A DNA stretch of 64,000 nucleotides from Phoronis australis (GCA_002633005.1 NMRA01000195.1:289628-353627), one strand, 5' to 3'; shown: positions 49,701-64,000, counted from the stretch's first letter. Program-made: numbers and translations. The notes: generated by a model not told the origin, from the sequence alone.

Positions 49701-50022
49701 GTTTTTCTCTTCAGTCAATACCTAAAATCATATCTACTGGTTGAGAAAATCAAAAGCCATAACTTTTTTGAAAATGATGTAATTTATAGGAAATGGTGAG
49801 GAAATGACAGGTAATAACACCAGGTAATGACATGTGTGGTGTTTATGAGTGGCTTAATAAGTTTCATGTAGTTTACACTAAAGCACAACAATGAACTAGA
49901 CATTTTTTTAAAGTATCTCTGGAAAAGTGAGAAATTTATAGGAAATGATGCTGTCTTCACAGGATGGCACTAATGATCCTCAAAACATGACATAGGTTTT
50001 TAAAAAATGTGTCCACAATAAT

Positions 50023-50025
<3 letters not shown>

Positions 50026-50070
<45 letters not shown>
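50026..50070. repeat. (AAT)n microsatellite
   Basis: About 15 AAT units directly visible. Confidence 0.95.
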
Positions 50071-52510
50071 TATACATTATTTAACAGTCTTCAAATGTGG
50101 TCAAGATCCCCAGGACTAGAAAACGTGCGACCTTCAAGTGATATATGTGACCTTCATGTGAAATGTGCAACCTTCAAGTAAATTGTGGACACAAGCAACA
50201 ATAGTAAGTTAACCAAAATGTCAATATTCAATGTGACTATTTTGATGTTAATAAACAATAAATTAAGTATAATTTCATTCAATCTAATGCAGTAGATGGG
50301 TGTGAAAGCTCATTTTTTGGTTGATTTTTAGTATTTATTACTGGAAGGATATCAGAAAGAGCTTCAATAAACAGGATGCCCATGGGTTGTGCAATGCCTT
50401 AGGACTTTGTGCCTGTCAAAATATAACTAAACGGCTATCGAAAAATTGCACCAAAATTGAACAAGGTTTTACTCTGAGTGACACAAATTTAACAGTATTA
50501 TATTGTTTATCAGACTTTCTATCTCAACTTACATTAGCATTGTTATCATTTTTCCAAATTAGAGATTTTCATAATTAACAACATTTTTTATTAATTTACC
50601 CAGTCAATCAACATCAATTTTGCAGAGCTGTTTGGCAACTGAATTGGTGCAGCAGAAACTTAATAACTAAAGGTAAATGTTACTTTAGCTTAAAAACTTT
50701 ATCTTGAAAACGGATGCCAAATATGATTTTAACTATTGTAATTATGTCCCTAAGCATGTAGAGTCAGCTAGTTCAGAAGTCGTTTGATAAACAGAGATGC
50801 CATTATTATTGCTCTATTGCCTATGAGGATATTCAAGATTTAGTTGAAACAGCACACTCCACAATAGCGCAAGGTTCTTGTTTACAAATTAGTAAATAAA
50901 GACACTGCAGGACTTCACTGTTAATAAATGGGTTAGTTATAGTCTAGACAGTACAAAGCAACACTTCAATTAGTTAGAACATAGTTTTAGTATTAATAAG
51001 AATGCAGATAAGTCAATATCAGGTTTGCAGCTAGTTTACCTCTAGGACAGGCTTTATGGGCCTATTGACTGAATTGTTTAACACAAAGTGAATGTCCACA
51101 AAAACATTCCAGAACCACAAACAATCTTTCAAGTCAAACTTAAAACAACACTACTAATGCCCCCTATGTGTACTTTTTGCCTTATGATTTTGAGAACATT
51201 TTTAGATTAGTAAGGAAAGGAATGTTGTTCGTGTCAATTTTTCGATGGTGCCAGGTGTGTTCAGTCTTTAGTAACCTAGGGGGAACTATATTGAAGTGTG
51301 ACGTTTGAAACTTGAAGACTGGTCCTGTCTGTCTACGAACAAAACAATGAAGTAGCGAGACAGGCTGCATGACTGGACCACAGTTACACTGCACGTGTTG
51401 GGGGAATATTTGTCATGATACTTCATCACTTATTTAGCACACAACATGGCTGACAAGGGGAATTCTATTTTGCCAAATTTCTCGATAAAATAGGATTAGT
51501 CTGTAGTCTAACAATGACATGGTGATGACTGTTTTAATTTCATAAAATAACATTTGTTATGTTTTCTTAGTTTCCAGCAATGATATCAGCCTTGTTTGAA
51601 GTAATTAAAAATCAAAACTTAGGCAAAGTTTGTGCAAAATAAGTGGAGAACTACCAATTAAATACTATTGGTCAAGCAACTTTCTCATGAGAGGAGACAA
51701 ACTAAAGCCAAAACACATCGCGTAGTCATTTTAATAAGACTGGAGAAAAGTCAAGACCTCTTTGTTTGGCATTGAAATGTTGAAAACACAGTGCAAATTT
51801 AATACACAGTATCATTTTGAACCAATGCACAGAATTAGGTTAAAGTCAGTTTCAAATGAATTGATGGATTTCTCATCAAAATCTGCAGAATTTTGGAGCA
51901 AATACTAACTCCAAAATACCATATTTTGTTCTGGTCTCTTTGACAAAACTTCAATGACATCCGTCAACTTTTTAAAAACCTACACTGTGTGTGACCACTA
52001 CTTTGTCTACTAGTACAACACAAAGATTGTCCGTACAAGTGGGTTCATGTTGCTGGACGGCCAAGCTTTATCTTGACGTGCTCAGAACATTGAACAATGT
52101 AATGCAAACATACGAATACTGGCACAACAGCAACCCCTAGTGGCAGGCACTGTTTGATCTACAAAATCTACAAAATGATAAATATAAAGCTTCCACTTTG
52201 CTGTGTAGTTTGACTGAGGATTCCCATGAATGGTCTTTTGAAATAAAGCCACATTTAACAATCAACAACAAGTTTTTACAGAAAAAGGGCCGAATATGAA
52301 CAGGCAGAAGTCACAACATTTTGGTCACTACAGTAACTGTTTTTTAATCAAAATTTCACAGGCCTGAAAACACATATTATAAGTAAAATGGCACTCAGTA
52401 AGACTATGCCTTGACCTTGCTCTTACTCAACAGACAAGTATTAGATGTAGCCATTTACTGTTGCTACTTGACAGTTGACTAGAGGCCGTCATGAGGAAGA
52501 CATTTAATAC

Positions 52511-52685
52511 CTGTCACTAGTCGAGAAGGTGATAATGGCCTACTGGTCAGCCTGGAGGGGGATACGGAACGGCTACGGACACTTCCACTCAGACTGGAGC
52601 CCTTCTTCTTCTTCTTAGTTCCTGTCTTGCTAGCTGTACTAGGAGCTGGTGAACCAGGTGTACGGCCAATCAGAGATGAGTCAAG
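52511..52685 (-). CDS. SPATA6: SPATA6-like internal exon (Lys run, SPS repeats)
   Basis: ttttgcag|LDSSLIGRTPGSPAPSTASKTGTKKKKKGSSLSGSVRSRSVSPSRLTSRPLSPSRLVT|gtatta; phase 0-1. Confidence 0.82.
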
Positions 52686-53169
52686 CTGCAAAAGACAATG
52701 CTTGTGAATCATTTATGGAGTGCTTTACACAATTTAAATCATCAGTGGTTCCAACTGTCGATGATGCACCAACCTGGAACAAGCTACACCTTCACAAGTT
52801 CAGTTAACAACACAGTTTTTCCAAGTTTAAAAGTTTCTACTCTTTTTCAAAAATTATAACAGACTTTTCTACCTGTAGCTGTTACCAATTTCCAGAAACA
52901 AATTGTTTTTTTAAACAAATAGTATCTAAGCGTTACACACTTAAATTCCTTAAGGCCATGAACCAAGTGTCTGCCAGATGCTTTCTAAAGGTTCAATTGT
53001 TGAGTTTTTTTGGAAATAAGCAATCACCTTTAACAATGGAAGAATTACTCAATAACCATTTCACAATAATCAGGCCCAATCAATTTGTCGTACGATACTA
53101 AACGAATATTATTCTTTGGATTGCAGAGCCAAACTTGTCAATTGTGCAAGTACAAGCATTGAAAATTAC

Positions 53170-53353
53170 CTTTCTGACAACAAATGGTTTGTCAGCCACA
53201 GTGGTCGACAGTGACAAATCTTCCATCCTCCGCCGAATGGGGGACGGAGATCTGGAACGAGAAAAGGACGCAATCGTGTGCTGTTCGTAACCAGGACGAG
53301 GCTCATCAGATTCTTCGGCATTTACGACTGGTGTGGGGGAACGGGCTTTCTTC
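53170..53353 (-). CDS. SPATA6: SPATA6-like internal exon
   Basis: KKARSPTP...GYEQHTIASFSRSRSPSPIRRRMEDLS...DKPFVVRK; resembles SPATA6 YEQPTISSKSHSPSP..RRM and DKPPFVIR motifs; phase 2-0. Confidence 0.88.
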
Positions 53354-56300
53354 CTAAAAGGACAGACAGACAAACGAAGGTGTGTTAGCGCAAACAAAGA
53401 AAGAGAATTGAAAATGGGAAATGAACAGAGAACGAGCAGCTAAAATTATTAGTGCTACTGACAGGAAGAATAGGTGTAAAAAGAAGCAAAATGACAGCAC
53501 TCTGAGGAGCAACACTTGGCGAAATTGAACGAAAAAGGAGACGAAAATAATGACAGCATAGATGACAAAGCCCATGACACCAATTACAATTATGAAGAGG
53601 ATGAACTCAAAATCCTCGGCACCGCCGACAACTCTGCTAGCAACACTGACAATGGCGTCATAAACACTGATGGCAACATTTTACGAAGATGATGGTGCTG
53701 CCTTCAATAATGACGACAATACTGCAGCACTCACAATAATCATGAAGCCGCAAATATTGATGACGTTGCTAACATTGAACCCCCGCTAAAACCGACAGTG
53801 ACAACAACAGCAACTCCACTGACACCTATTGCGCAGCAAGACAACCATGAAAACTGTTAGTCGTAGAGAGAAACAGACAACACTCTCCTCAGATGAGATA
53901 TATCTACAGACTAAATTTCAGAATTCTTCTAAATTCACACAAAGTTTGTCTACTGGACACAAATTGCAGCTTACTACGTACGTCAATTGGCAAGAAGACA
54001 AGGAATAAGTCAACAAAGTGGGACAAAAGTTGATACTGTTCATTTAGTAGAGTGTATCTTAAAGCATTTGGAGCTCAGTTTGTGTGATGTTTCATTCATA
54101 AGACACATTCAGGTCAAATGTAAAATACAAAATGGCAGCCATAGGTGCAATTCTAAAAATCTGTACGCCCATCAATCAATCTAAAACGTCCAAACAAAAT
54201 GTCCTTGCAAACATATTGCGGTCTCTGCTGGGGAAAACGTGTTAGGGGTAAAAATTGAAGTCTAAAGGTTGTCATATCCACCGCATTAAAACAAAAGGGT
54301 TGAAACTTACCACATTGAGAGGGTCATGTGATCCATTATACATGTGGCAATTTTGAGCACAGCATAATGAAACATGCCTCTTTTCTATTCGAAGAGTTCA
54401 CATGCAATTTTGAAAACACGATCTAGAAACTGATTGTGACGACAAAATAGGACCACGAGCACTTTACAAAATATGTGTTGTATTGAAATTTCATGTAGAT
54501 CAGACAAAAAATGTGACCCGTAGAGCGCGAACTCACCTCATGACGGACCAACATACTTGGCAAAATTTTATTTCGACAAGTGAAAACAAAGGCTTATAAA
54601 TGGAAAAAACAATTTCTTGAAGAGCACTAGCGACTTGAGTCTTAACTGTGTTGGAAAACAATGCTTTACAGAGCAAACTTAAGCTTGCAAACACTAAATG
54701 ACAGAAAGGGGAAAACTCACTCACTGATATCCAACAGGGAGAATTTAAATTCACACAAAACTGGCAAAATATTAGACAACCATAAATGAAACAATCTGAA
54801 GAATTAGATTTTATTGAATATTTAAAAACAAAGGTCCGATTGGGTCGTCATTATAATGCAGGTTACTGTTAACATTTTGAATTGAATAGTTTTATATGAG
54901 TTTTCAAGTACAAATGGATTTTTGGACATTTTGAACAAAGCTGTTGTCAATCAGACGTAATACCCCACTGACCTTGAAAGTGACCTTGACAGTCTGGGTG
55001 AAACTGAATGCCTGCCATATGACTCATCCTGAAATAAAGCAAAGTTTAACTGTCAATGACAGCTTTAATAACGTTTACTTTCAAGCACAACATGGATGTT
55101 ACAATACAAGACACAGGTGAATTAATAAGCAGCTGGCCAATGAGAGCAAAAAGGCTCAACGAGTTGGCTAACATTCAATTCAATTGAGAGCAGCACCCAA
55201 TGGAGTACAAGGAAAGCCTGGACTTACTGATTCGAAGATGTTTTTACACAAAAATAGTTCAATGGAAAAAAATGCAAAACTTTACATACAAAAGCACATT
55301 TTACATGAGCTAGCTGACCAGGCAATCACCACGGTTTCTATTTCCCCACACCATCAATGATTACATAATAGTGCATAAGAAACCTACGTATCCTGAATCG
55401 ACAGAACTAAAAGTACACTCCGTCAACCAGTTTTCAATGTCTGTGACGTTCATTACACACTTTGCAATCCTTACTAATAACTTGTGCTCAACCACATTAC
55501 CAACATCATACTAGCTGCCCTTCCACAATGTGTGCTAAGAAATTCCATCCAGATAGATTATATTATTGAATTCCAATAGTGCGTAATAATTAATTAAGTA
55601 GACCACTATACCAGTTTCTGAGCCACAATTATTTCATTATCAACAGGAAACTATTAAGACTAAATCAAGGGATTCAAATCCATTAGGAGGGGAACGATGT
55701 ATTATACAAGGTACCCAAACATGAATAAATCTCAGAAAAATGTCTATTTGGATCAATAAGGCTATGTCATATTGTCAACTGATACAGAGTGGTTTATTTA
55801 CAAATCCACTAGACAAACACTTCACCTGGTGAAACACCATTAACCATGAAGTTGACCATTTGTTGCAATATGTTATTTGTGTTTACATGACCCCCACATG
55901 GAACAGGCCAAATTAAACAATGCTTTGGAGGTTAATGGTCATCCACTGTGCCACCACAAGGGCATTGCACCCTCTTTCAACGTAACTGGTCCACTTTACT
56001 CAACTACATTTCTGTCCTCTTGTAATTTCTGGTGTTTGCCCCCACTCAGAAGGCGTTCACACTACACAACACAATGGGTCAGAGCATAGAGAATGTCAAT
56101 ACTTTACATTCTTTTATAATAATATTCTGGAATTCATTGGTGGGCAATTGAACATGTGTAATTTTTAGGGGGCAAACTATTGTAAAATGAATAGGAATCC
56201 TTTTCAATATGAAAATCTGCGCTTTGGAAAGAGAGCGAGAAGACAAGTTCATTAATGTCTAGTAAATTCTTTACTTTTGGACAAATATCATTGTTGAAAC

Positions 56301-58023
56301 TGCCATTTTTGCTATTTTCAAAGTCTTACATCAGCGCTTGATTTGGCATGACCTGGCAAACATTCCAAGTCACCACAGCAAGAGAAGTCAGACAATAATT
56401 CCCCTGAAATTCATTTTAATTAAGTTTTTCTAGATTCAGTACAATTGTTTTTATTTCATGAAATCAGTGCTTTTGCCACCTTCGGCTAGCAACATATACC
56501 AAACGTGATTTTAGTTTAAAACAGGAAGTAAACAGATGCAAGTTGTAATTGTTTGACAAACATCAGGCAAGGCTGGAAAATGAAACATGTGAATCTGATC
56601 GTCTGCATCCTTTGTTGGAAGAAAGAATTGAGTTAAAGTTTGAATTGAACGGTGCATGCCTGTCTCTTTCACCAGAGAAATGGAAGAGCCATGCTATGCG
56701 TAAGGGCTACAACTTTTTTGATTGACAATGTTGATGCCAGTTTTGGTGACCTCATATTTCGCTTGGAGAAATGACCTTTGGCTAAGTGTCCATGTAGTGA
56801 ACACATCCACTAAAACAAGAAACTGTAGGAACACCACATTTATCCACCTTCACTCTTATCAGGCTTCTATTGTGAGTCAGCATGCGTGAATAATTGGCTG
56901 ATAAGCCACCTCTGGAACTACTTTTGGCTGAATAGATGACCAGGCCATAAAATGATAATATTAGCCAAGACCAGTTACTAAATAAATGCAACAAAGAATA
57001 ATGTTGTAGCATCACCTAGCCTTGGTGGAAAGCTGTATACTGTATTGGCTCTAATAAACGCTTAGAAAAAATCATTTCACGGGGAGGGGATTCTTATTGT
57101 AGCCTACGGCAGTTGAAAGCCGGTTTCCCAAACGGGTAAAATCGGAAGCTAGGATTCATAAAATTTACNNNNNNNNNNNNNNNNNNNNNNNNNNNNNNNN
57201 NNNNNNNNNNNNNNNNNNNNNNNNNNNNNNNNNNNNNNNNNNNNNNNNNNNNNNNNNNNNNNNNNNNNNNNNNNNNNNNNNNNNNNNNNNNNNNNNNNNN
57301 NNNNNNNNNNNNNNNNNNNNNNNNNNNNNNNNNNNNNNNNNNNNNNNNNNNNNNNNNNNNNNNNNNNNNNNNNNNNNNNNNNNNNNNNNNNNNNNNNNNN
57401 NNNNNNNNNNNNNNNNNNNNNNNNNNNNNNNNNNNNNNNNNNNNNNNNNNNNNNNNNNNNNNNNNNNNNNNNNNNNNNNNNNNNNNNNNNNNNNNNNNNN
57501 NNNNNNNNNNNNNNNNNNNNNNNNNNNNNNNNNNNNNNNNNNNNNNNNNNNNNNNNNNNNNNNNNNNNNNNNNNNNNNNNNNNNNNNNNNNNNNNNNNNN
57601 NNNNNNNNNNNNNNNNNNNNNNNNNNNNNNNNNNNNNNNNNNNNNNNNNNNNNNNNNNNNNNNNNNNNNNNNNNNNNNNNNNNNNNNNNNNNNNNNNNNN
57701 NNNNNNNNNNNNNNNNNNNNNNNNNNNNNNNNNNNNNNNNNNNNNNNNNNNNNNNNNNNNNNNNNNNNNNNNNNNNNNNNNNNNNNNNNNNNNNNNNNNN
57801 NNNNNNNNNNNNNNNNNNNNNNNNNNNNNNNNNNNNNNNNNNNNNNNNNNNNNNNNNNNNNNNNNNNNNNNNNNNNNNNNNNNNNNNNNNNNNNNNNNNN
57901 NNNNNNNNNNNNNNNNNNNNNNNNNNNNNNNNNNNNNNNNNNNNNNNNNNNNNNNNNNNNNNNNNNNNNNNNNNNNNNNNNNNNNNNNNNNNNNNNNNNN
58001 NNNNNNNNNNNNNNNNNNNNNNN

Positions 58024-58330
58024 TTCTACTAACTCCAAATACTAATCAAAACTATCACATCACACTCCCAGTCAAGTTCTACTAACTCCAAATACTAATC
58101 AAAACTATCACATCACACTCCCAGTCTAGTTCTACTAACTCCAAATACTAATCAAAACTATCACATCACACTCCCAGTCAAGTTCTACTAACTCCAAATA
58201 CTAATCAAAACTATCACATCACACTCCCAGTCTAGTTCTACTAACTCCAAATACTAATCAAAACTATCACATCACACTCCCAGTCAAGTTCTACTAACTC
58301 CAAATACTAATCAAAACTATCACATCACAT
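58024..58330. repeat. 53-bp minisatellite (nearly 6 copies visible) at gap edge
   Basis: Unit ttctactaactccaaatactaatcaaaactatcacatcacactcccagtc(a/t)ag. Confidence 0.95.
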
Positions 58331-58499
58331 CCAGTACTTAATGCACTCACCATCATTTCTACTTAAGCCATCTCAGGGTTGGCAAGCATAAAAGCATGAC
58401 TTGGTATAATTAAATATTTCTGTAAAACCTATACTAGACCTCAGCTCAGTTTGCAGTTCCATCAGTAAACAGCAAAATGCACAAACAATGAATACAAAC

Positions 58500-58568
58500 C
58501 GGATCAAGAGTTGTTTTTGCCTCTTCTATCACAGTCATGGTTGAAAACTCCACCTTGGGCGAGATTCC
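58500..58568 (-). CDS. SPATA6: SPATA6-like exon, end of SPATA6 domain
   Basis: catttcag|GISPKVEFSTMTVIEEAKTTLDP|gtttgt; matches SPATA6 GIAPKLEFSTTSVI; phase 0-0. Confidence 0.88.
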
Positions 58569-59736
58569 CTGAAATGAACAGTCACCTCATGAATATACTG
58601 CAGTAGGAACACATTAACATGACAAAACACAAAGAGAACACAAAATGTTTAACATAATACCTGGGTGAGGGCTATAATTAAGTACTTGTGAACCGACCAC
58701 AAAGTACAGTGTTGTAAGAATAAAATAATGTGTTGAATGGCCAAAAAGGAAGTGCTAGATTATGAATGAATTTGTTAATAGCAAGGCTGGTTAATGTTAA
58801 CTGATCTTGATGAAGCTCATAAGCCATTAGGATGTTTCACATCCCAGAATTAGCATAATGAATGAGACAGAAATAAAGGATCATTGATGACTGAAACAAT
58901 ACTCTCATGAAACATAACAACAAAACATACGAAAAAATTAAATGTCGGAAGTGTTTAACCATGCCGCAACAGCGATGTACACAATTTATTGACTTGATTT
59001 ATTGACTGCTGGTGATTATAAAACATGATCACCTGAGACCGTCATGTAATAAAATAACTGTCATACATTACACAAGTACTGGACTACCAGTCTGCCATCA
59101 CACTGCGTTGCCACAGCAAAGCAATCTTTCTCATCGATTATTCACTGAAGGTTACTCGTAACACAGTATCCTGCATTATTTCCACAAAAACAAAATGCTG
59201 TTTTCATGTACCTATTTGATTCCTGTCAATTTACTCCTCATCAGATATATCACAAAATTAATAAAACACGTAATAAATACTTGACAGATATCCACAAGTG
59301 GTTATAGACCTAGCCACATGGTCGCAGCAAAATACTCCCAACTAATGAGCAGCAAAATACTTCCAACAAGGAGCAGTAAAATGCTTCCAACAAATGAGCA
59401 ATGCTCAATAATTACAATTATATCATGTTTAATTTCTAAACAAAGCTCAAGCACTACAATTATACAGCTGCAGTTTTATAAAGGAATTCTTTTATTCATG
59501 GAGTTGTTGTAAAGGACCCTCCAGTAATGCTGTACGTAATCAAGGATTTCGGGTGTTAGAATAATTGTGTAATGGTATTGTCTCTAACTTAACTTTGACT
59601 TTGAAGCTATTTATCAGGACTTGAATGCAAACAATTGTCTTTTATCGCAATTTGATAAAACAAAGCACACACTGATTTCAGTGTTTTGAACCAGTCCAAC
59701 ATTGCATTCCTAGCTTGCCAGCTAACTACAGTAGAC

Positions 59737-59826
59737 TGTATGGTACAATGTATGGTACAATGTATGGTACAATGTATGGTACAATGTATGGTATAATGTA
59801 TGGTATAATGTATGGTACACTGTATA
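59737..59826. repeat. 12-bp tandem repeat (tgtatggtacaa), ~7 copies
   Basis: Directly visible. Confidence 0.92.
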
Positions 59827-61391
59827 TACCCAGAACTACATGCTTATCAGATTATCCTTTATGCTATACAGTTTATAAAAACTCATTGAATAAGGACATA
59901 ATCCTGACTAAGCTGCAGGCTCCTCACATTTGAAATGCTACAAAACCCTTGGATTCTACCTCTTTTCCTACAATGCTGTATTTATAGACACAATATACAC
60001 ACCAGGCTGGTGAATACTAAGAACTGCTAGGCTGTCAGAACACAATAGCTAGTGTGAATGAGTTGGAACAAGAGGCAATATAAACATTGATTATATTTGC
60101 CAAGGGACACTGGACATAATGTGGGGTTTTGAGATGGCTCTGAGAAGGCATTGTTGGAGAATTTGAAAGCAGTAGATTTAATTGAAACAGGTGTATTGAA
60201 AAAGGGCCTGAAAACTGAACCAACAGCCCCTAATCCAATTACTCAAGATGATATCTATTCCGAAATATGCAGATTAAATGTCAATTTACTGCTTAGAGAA
60301 TGTCTGCATTTGCAAAACAAAGGAAAAATGCTTCATTTTTGGTGACTTGCTAGACATGAAATATAAAAGAAATATGAACTTCGTCACTATGATCATATGC
60401 ACACAGAGCTAACTTTTAAAGCAAGGATGACCCAAGGTACGAGAAAACACTTTACTACCTGATAACATGTGACTGAACATGTAAACAGCTATAGAAAACA
60501 TTAAATCATCTATCTCTTGTTGATGCATTAAAAGATCTGTCCTTATGCTATTACTTGTGCTGTACGACTACACTTATAGAGAAAATCCTTAGACATCTCA
60601 ACTCTAAGCAAGACAAGTGGGACCAAGAAAACAAAGCATGAATCACATTGCTTGTATTGTAAATGCTGAGACAATGATACAAGATTCCTAAGTTAGGTCA
60701 TTGGTTTAATTTGCTCTTGATAGTACAGTAGTCAATGTTGCAAATTTTGGTCTGACTGGCCGGAAACAAATTAGCAACTGGTCCCAAAAATACCAGACCA
60801 CAATGTCCGGCTGCAGTGCCTACTTCAATACAGACTCTTACTCCCAACTCTTGGCAGCTGACTAGTCATAAGCACACCCTATTATTTTAAAAACATATTT
60901 TTTCCTAGCATTTTCAAAAGGTTATCCATCCACAAGAATCAAAAATAATAAAACACTAGGGGGCAAAGAATACATTGAATCCAGTTGAAATTGGGAAGGC
61001 ATCATTTTCTCTATTGTTTTGCTAAATTCTATCAAAATCTGCCAGAGACCTCTTGTAGAAGACCTCTACTTGTAGATAGATAAAGAAACTTAACGCAAAA
61101 AATGCCACTAGGGCGTAAAGCAGTGGTTGTACCACACCTAAAGTTGTCACCATTTGTCGTCAGCTTCATAGGAACACATCTGCCAAATTCCATGACGATC
61201 CTTAAGGGGGTTAGGGGACAATGAGTGGATGCCATTCACAGTGGATGGCAGCTGAACGGAGATAACAATATGAGTCTATGTGGGCACGCAACTATACTTG
61301 TACAATTATTGAGTTATGAAGTAGTCAATTACCAGAAACCTTACAACGACAATAAATTAATGAGCACATGTTTGCCATAAAGAACACTCAC

Positions 61392-61564
61392 GGGAAAATC
61401 AACAGTTCTTTCCATAAGTAGCTCGCGGTCTTGAGACCCATAAACAGGGGCCAGTGATACGGCTGGGAACAAGAAGTCACGCGCGTTGTCTTCAAAGGAG
61501 GCCAACAACACGCCATTGGGTTCTGTTGGGGAGACTTGAATCAACTCAATGAGAACGTGCTCCT
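61392..61564 (-). CDS. SPATA6: SPATA6-like exon, core SPATA6 domain
   Basis: (E)EHVLIELIQVSPTEPNGVLLASFEDNARDFLFPAVSLAPVYGSQDRELLMERTVDFP; matches SPATA6 FELIQL...YDENTRDFMFP; acceptor tttatttcag, donor gtgagt; phase 1-0. Confidence 0.92.
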
Positions 61565-62886
61565 CTGAAATAAAGGGTAAAGTTCGAGGTTAGGCAAACA
61601 TTGAATTATTTACAAAAGTGTCAAACGTGGATAACAAAATTCACCATGAGATCCCAGCTGTATTTTTGACCGTCTTTTAAAAGACTAACAAGCAACAGTT
61701 TTGCAAGCATGTGTTCAAGGACACTCGGACAATTCACAATGAAAAGACGTGTCTGAAAAGTAATGACATTAACTTATCACTGCAAGTTCTAAACTGTAGT
61801 GGTTAATAAAGTCATAGCTCGATTTGGTGACCTGTAGGATGCCAATGCGACCTCAAATTTTTTTGATGACCTGGCAAAAATTCCAAGTCACCACAAGGTT
61901 GGCATTCACAAGTTCGAGTACACACTTGAAATACAACATGAGGTCAGAATTGTTGGGAAAAAATCGTAATGGCCTTTATAGGAGTCGCGTGAGGGTAACG
62001 TCATTGTGCTCATCATGTTCACCTGTCTACGGAGGTGGCAGTGGTGAGCCTGTTTGCGGAATATCGACCCTTGCCAATGACGTTTGGTAACCTCCTTCAG
62101 TTCCTGTTTGGCAACTTGAGAATTTTACCACTCGCATTTGACAAGTTGAGGTCATGCAAAGCATCTGGGCCCTGAAATTCTATCCACAGCACTGCACTAC
62201 ATTGTACCACCAGACAATTATTTATTTTTGGAGAACAGGAATGCTTATAGTGAATAACGCAATAATCTGATGTAATATGCCCGTGTTGTGAGAACTAGTT
62301 GGATGCCCGTTATTTAGTGCAGAAAACTGGTTCTCAAAATTCCGACATGTTATATCAGACCATTAACCGTGAATGATACAGTTTGGTGCATTCAAAACAA
62401 CATGCATGCAAATGGATCATTTAGAATTCCATTAATCACCCAGTGGTCATAGTAGGATTGCCATTAGCTAATTCCTGTCCTAGAGGCTTGCACAAAATCC
62501 TTTAAAGTGTTTCTCTAAAGTTCACAAATCTGGAACAGTTGAGTGACCCTAATGACCAGGTGCCCTTCCTTGAGCCCAACCCCCACTTAGCAGGAGTAAT
62601 ACAAACTAACCAAGCCTGACTGAGCATCATTACATATAATAAAAGAGTGTGAGTGGTTATTTTTGTGTTGTGAATAACAAGGCTCTAAAAGACTTCAATT
62701 GTCTACCTCCCACATGTGTTCAGCTCTAAATTAATAACGCCTCAAGATTTTCATAGGAAAATGGACAATGTAATAAGTATTACTCACTGAATAAAACACT
62801 AACTTCCTGTGGAGTGGTAGTGAACCTTTAGTAAAATCTAATAAAACTTGAGCAAAGTTGTCAATGAAAATTAAATATGAACTTAC

Positions 62887-62935
62887 CTTCGAGTAGTCTG
62901 GACACATCTGATGGGTCAAAAACGGAATAGTATGG
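62887..62935 (-). CDS. SPATA6: SPATA6-like exon (upstream exons probably beyond the window)
   Basis: tttcttttcag|PYYSVFDPSDVSRLLE|gtaagt; matches SPATA6 DPGDVVAQLE; phase 0-1. Confidence 0.85.
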
Positions 62936-64000
62936 CTGAAAAGAAATTATAAAGGTAAACATCTCTTCAACATTTAATGCAAATTACACATTGTTTGCAA
63001 ATTGGGGTATACCTGTTTTTCAAATGATACAGCAAGATTACAGAAATCAAAATATAGAGAAACAAAATTAATAGTAACCTCCTGATACATCTTGCTAATC
63101 AAGTTAATAATGTACCTGGTTCAGGAAAACAGTCAAAAGTGATTATGGAACTGCAAATACGCACAGTTGAGTTTGGTAAGTTAAAATATTCATTGAAAGG
63201 ATAACGATTGCCTCATGAAGATTAAAAACTAATTAAAACTATTTAACTAATCACATGATATCTCAGTTTTTTGACTGCCAATGGGCTGTCAACTGGACCC
63301 AATTATTAACAAATTGGGAAAACTTCAAAAATCAATTTCTACAGGCTTTCTACTTTCAGAAGACAAATTGTGGAGAAGAACAGCATTGTGCACCAGCTCA
63401 TTGTCTTGGGAAGAGTGGGAACTATTAGGAAATCCAAATTGTGGGTTGTAGAAACTGAAATTCTATTCAAATGGCATTTATCAATGGTGAATGGCGGCAG
63501 AAAGAACTGGTGTCAAGCCCTGATGGCGCAAAGCTTCTGTACAGAACTTGGACGTGGTAATTTGATGCCACATATCTTTCATGAAATATTGAGGAAATAA
63601 AATTTCAATGTCCACCATATTGTGTCTTACAGTTCTTACAACTGTAATTGAGGTAAATAAGGTCGGACTGCAAAACAATGATGATATGGGCTAACACTCC
63701 ATGAAACACTTTGATCAAAATCTGGAAAGAAGTGTTAGTAGGAATAGAGTACAGATACTGAGAAAGTTTCCCTACATGCAGTTCGTGAAAATCATTAGAT
63801 GAGAAATTCAGGAGGAGTTGAGCACAGAAATTTCACTTCCTTGACAGACGCACAGATTCACCAAATGATGCCTAGTATTTAACTCTTGTGCTTTCAAAGC
63901 GGATACCAAAACAGTTTCATGACAGGGAAAGACAGTTTGCAAAATTTCGTTTCTCTAAGTATTACTAACAAAAATATTTAACTTACTGTTGCAGACAGAT

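Noticed and set aside
55388-55406. 19-nt micro-exon candidate in the SPATA6-like gene
   Set aside because: Cannot by itself reconcile phase 0 with phase 2; no homology support.
26468-58038. Long X-filled ORFs (26468, 35007, 41836, 57094 groups)
   Set aside because: Artefacts of assembly N-gaps.
58024-58330. CRISPR-like array
   Set aside because: Head-to-tail repeats with no unique spacers, no cas genes, eukaryotic intron context.
63982-64000. gtaagt donor at window end as upstream SPATA6 exon
   Set aside because: The 14 visible nucleotides do not encode the expected FEK-like motif; too short to judge.

Overview
Eukaryotic (invertebrate animal-like) genomic scaffold: AT-rich, GT-AG spliced genes, many MITE/LINE relics and four N-gaps (~26527-26832, 35093-35569, 41848-42110, 57169-58023). 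Manual translation and splice-phase matching support four genes. (1) A minus-strand, six-exon secreted modular trypsin-family protease (signal peptide-TSP1-EGF-Thr-rich linker-Ig-Ig-S1 protease; ATG at 11625, runs off the left edge) with His rather than Arg/Lys before the IVGG activation site. (2) A plus-strand three-exon nodulin-like/NFD4/Mch1-type MFS transporter (20702-23862). (3) A single-coding-exon secreted PAN/apple + six-tectonin-repeat lectin (32182-33291). (4) A minus-strand SPATA6-like gene (44275 to >62935) with two adjacent same-phase exons, one Cys/His-rich and one extremely Tyr-rich, that look mutually exclusive. Most other ORF-track entries appear to be noise. No database searches were run; family calls rest on remembered motifs.
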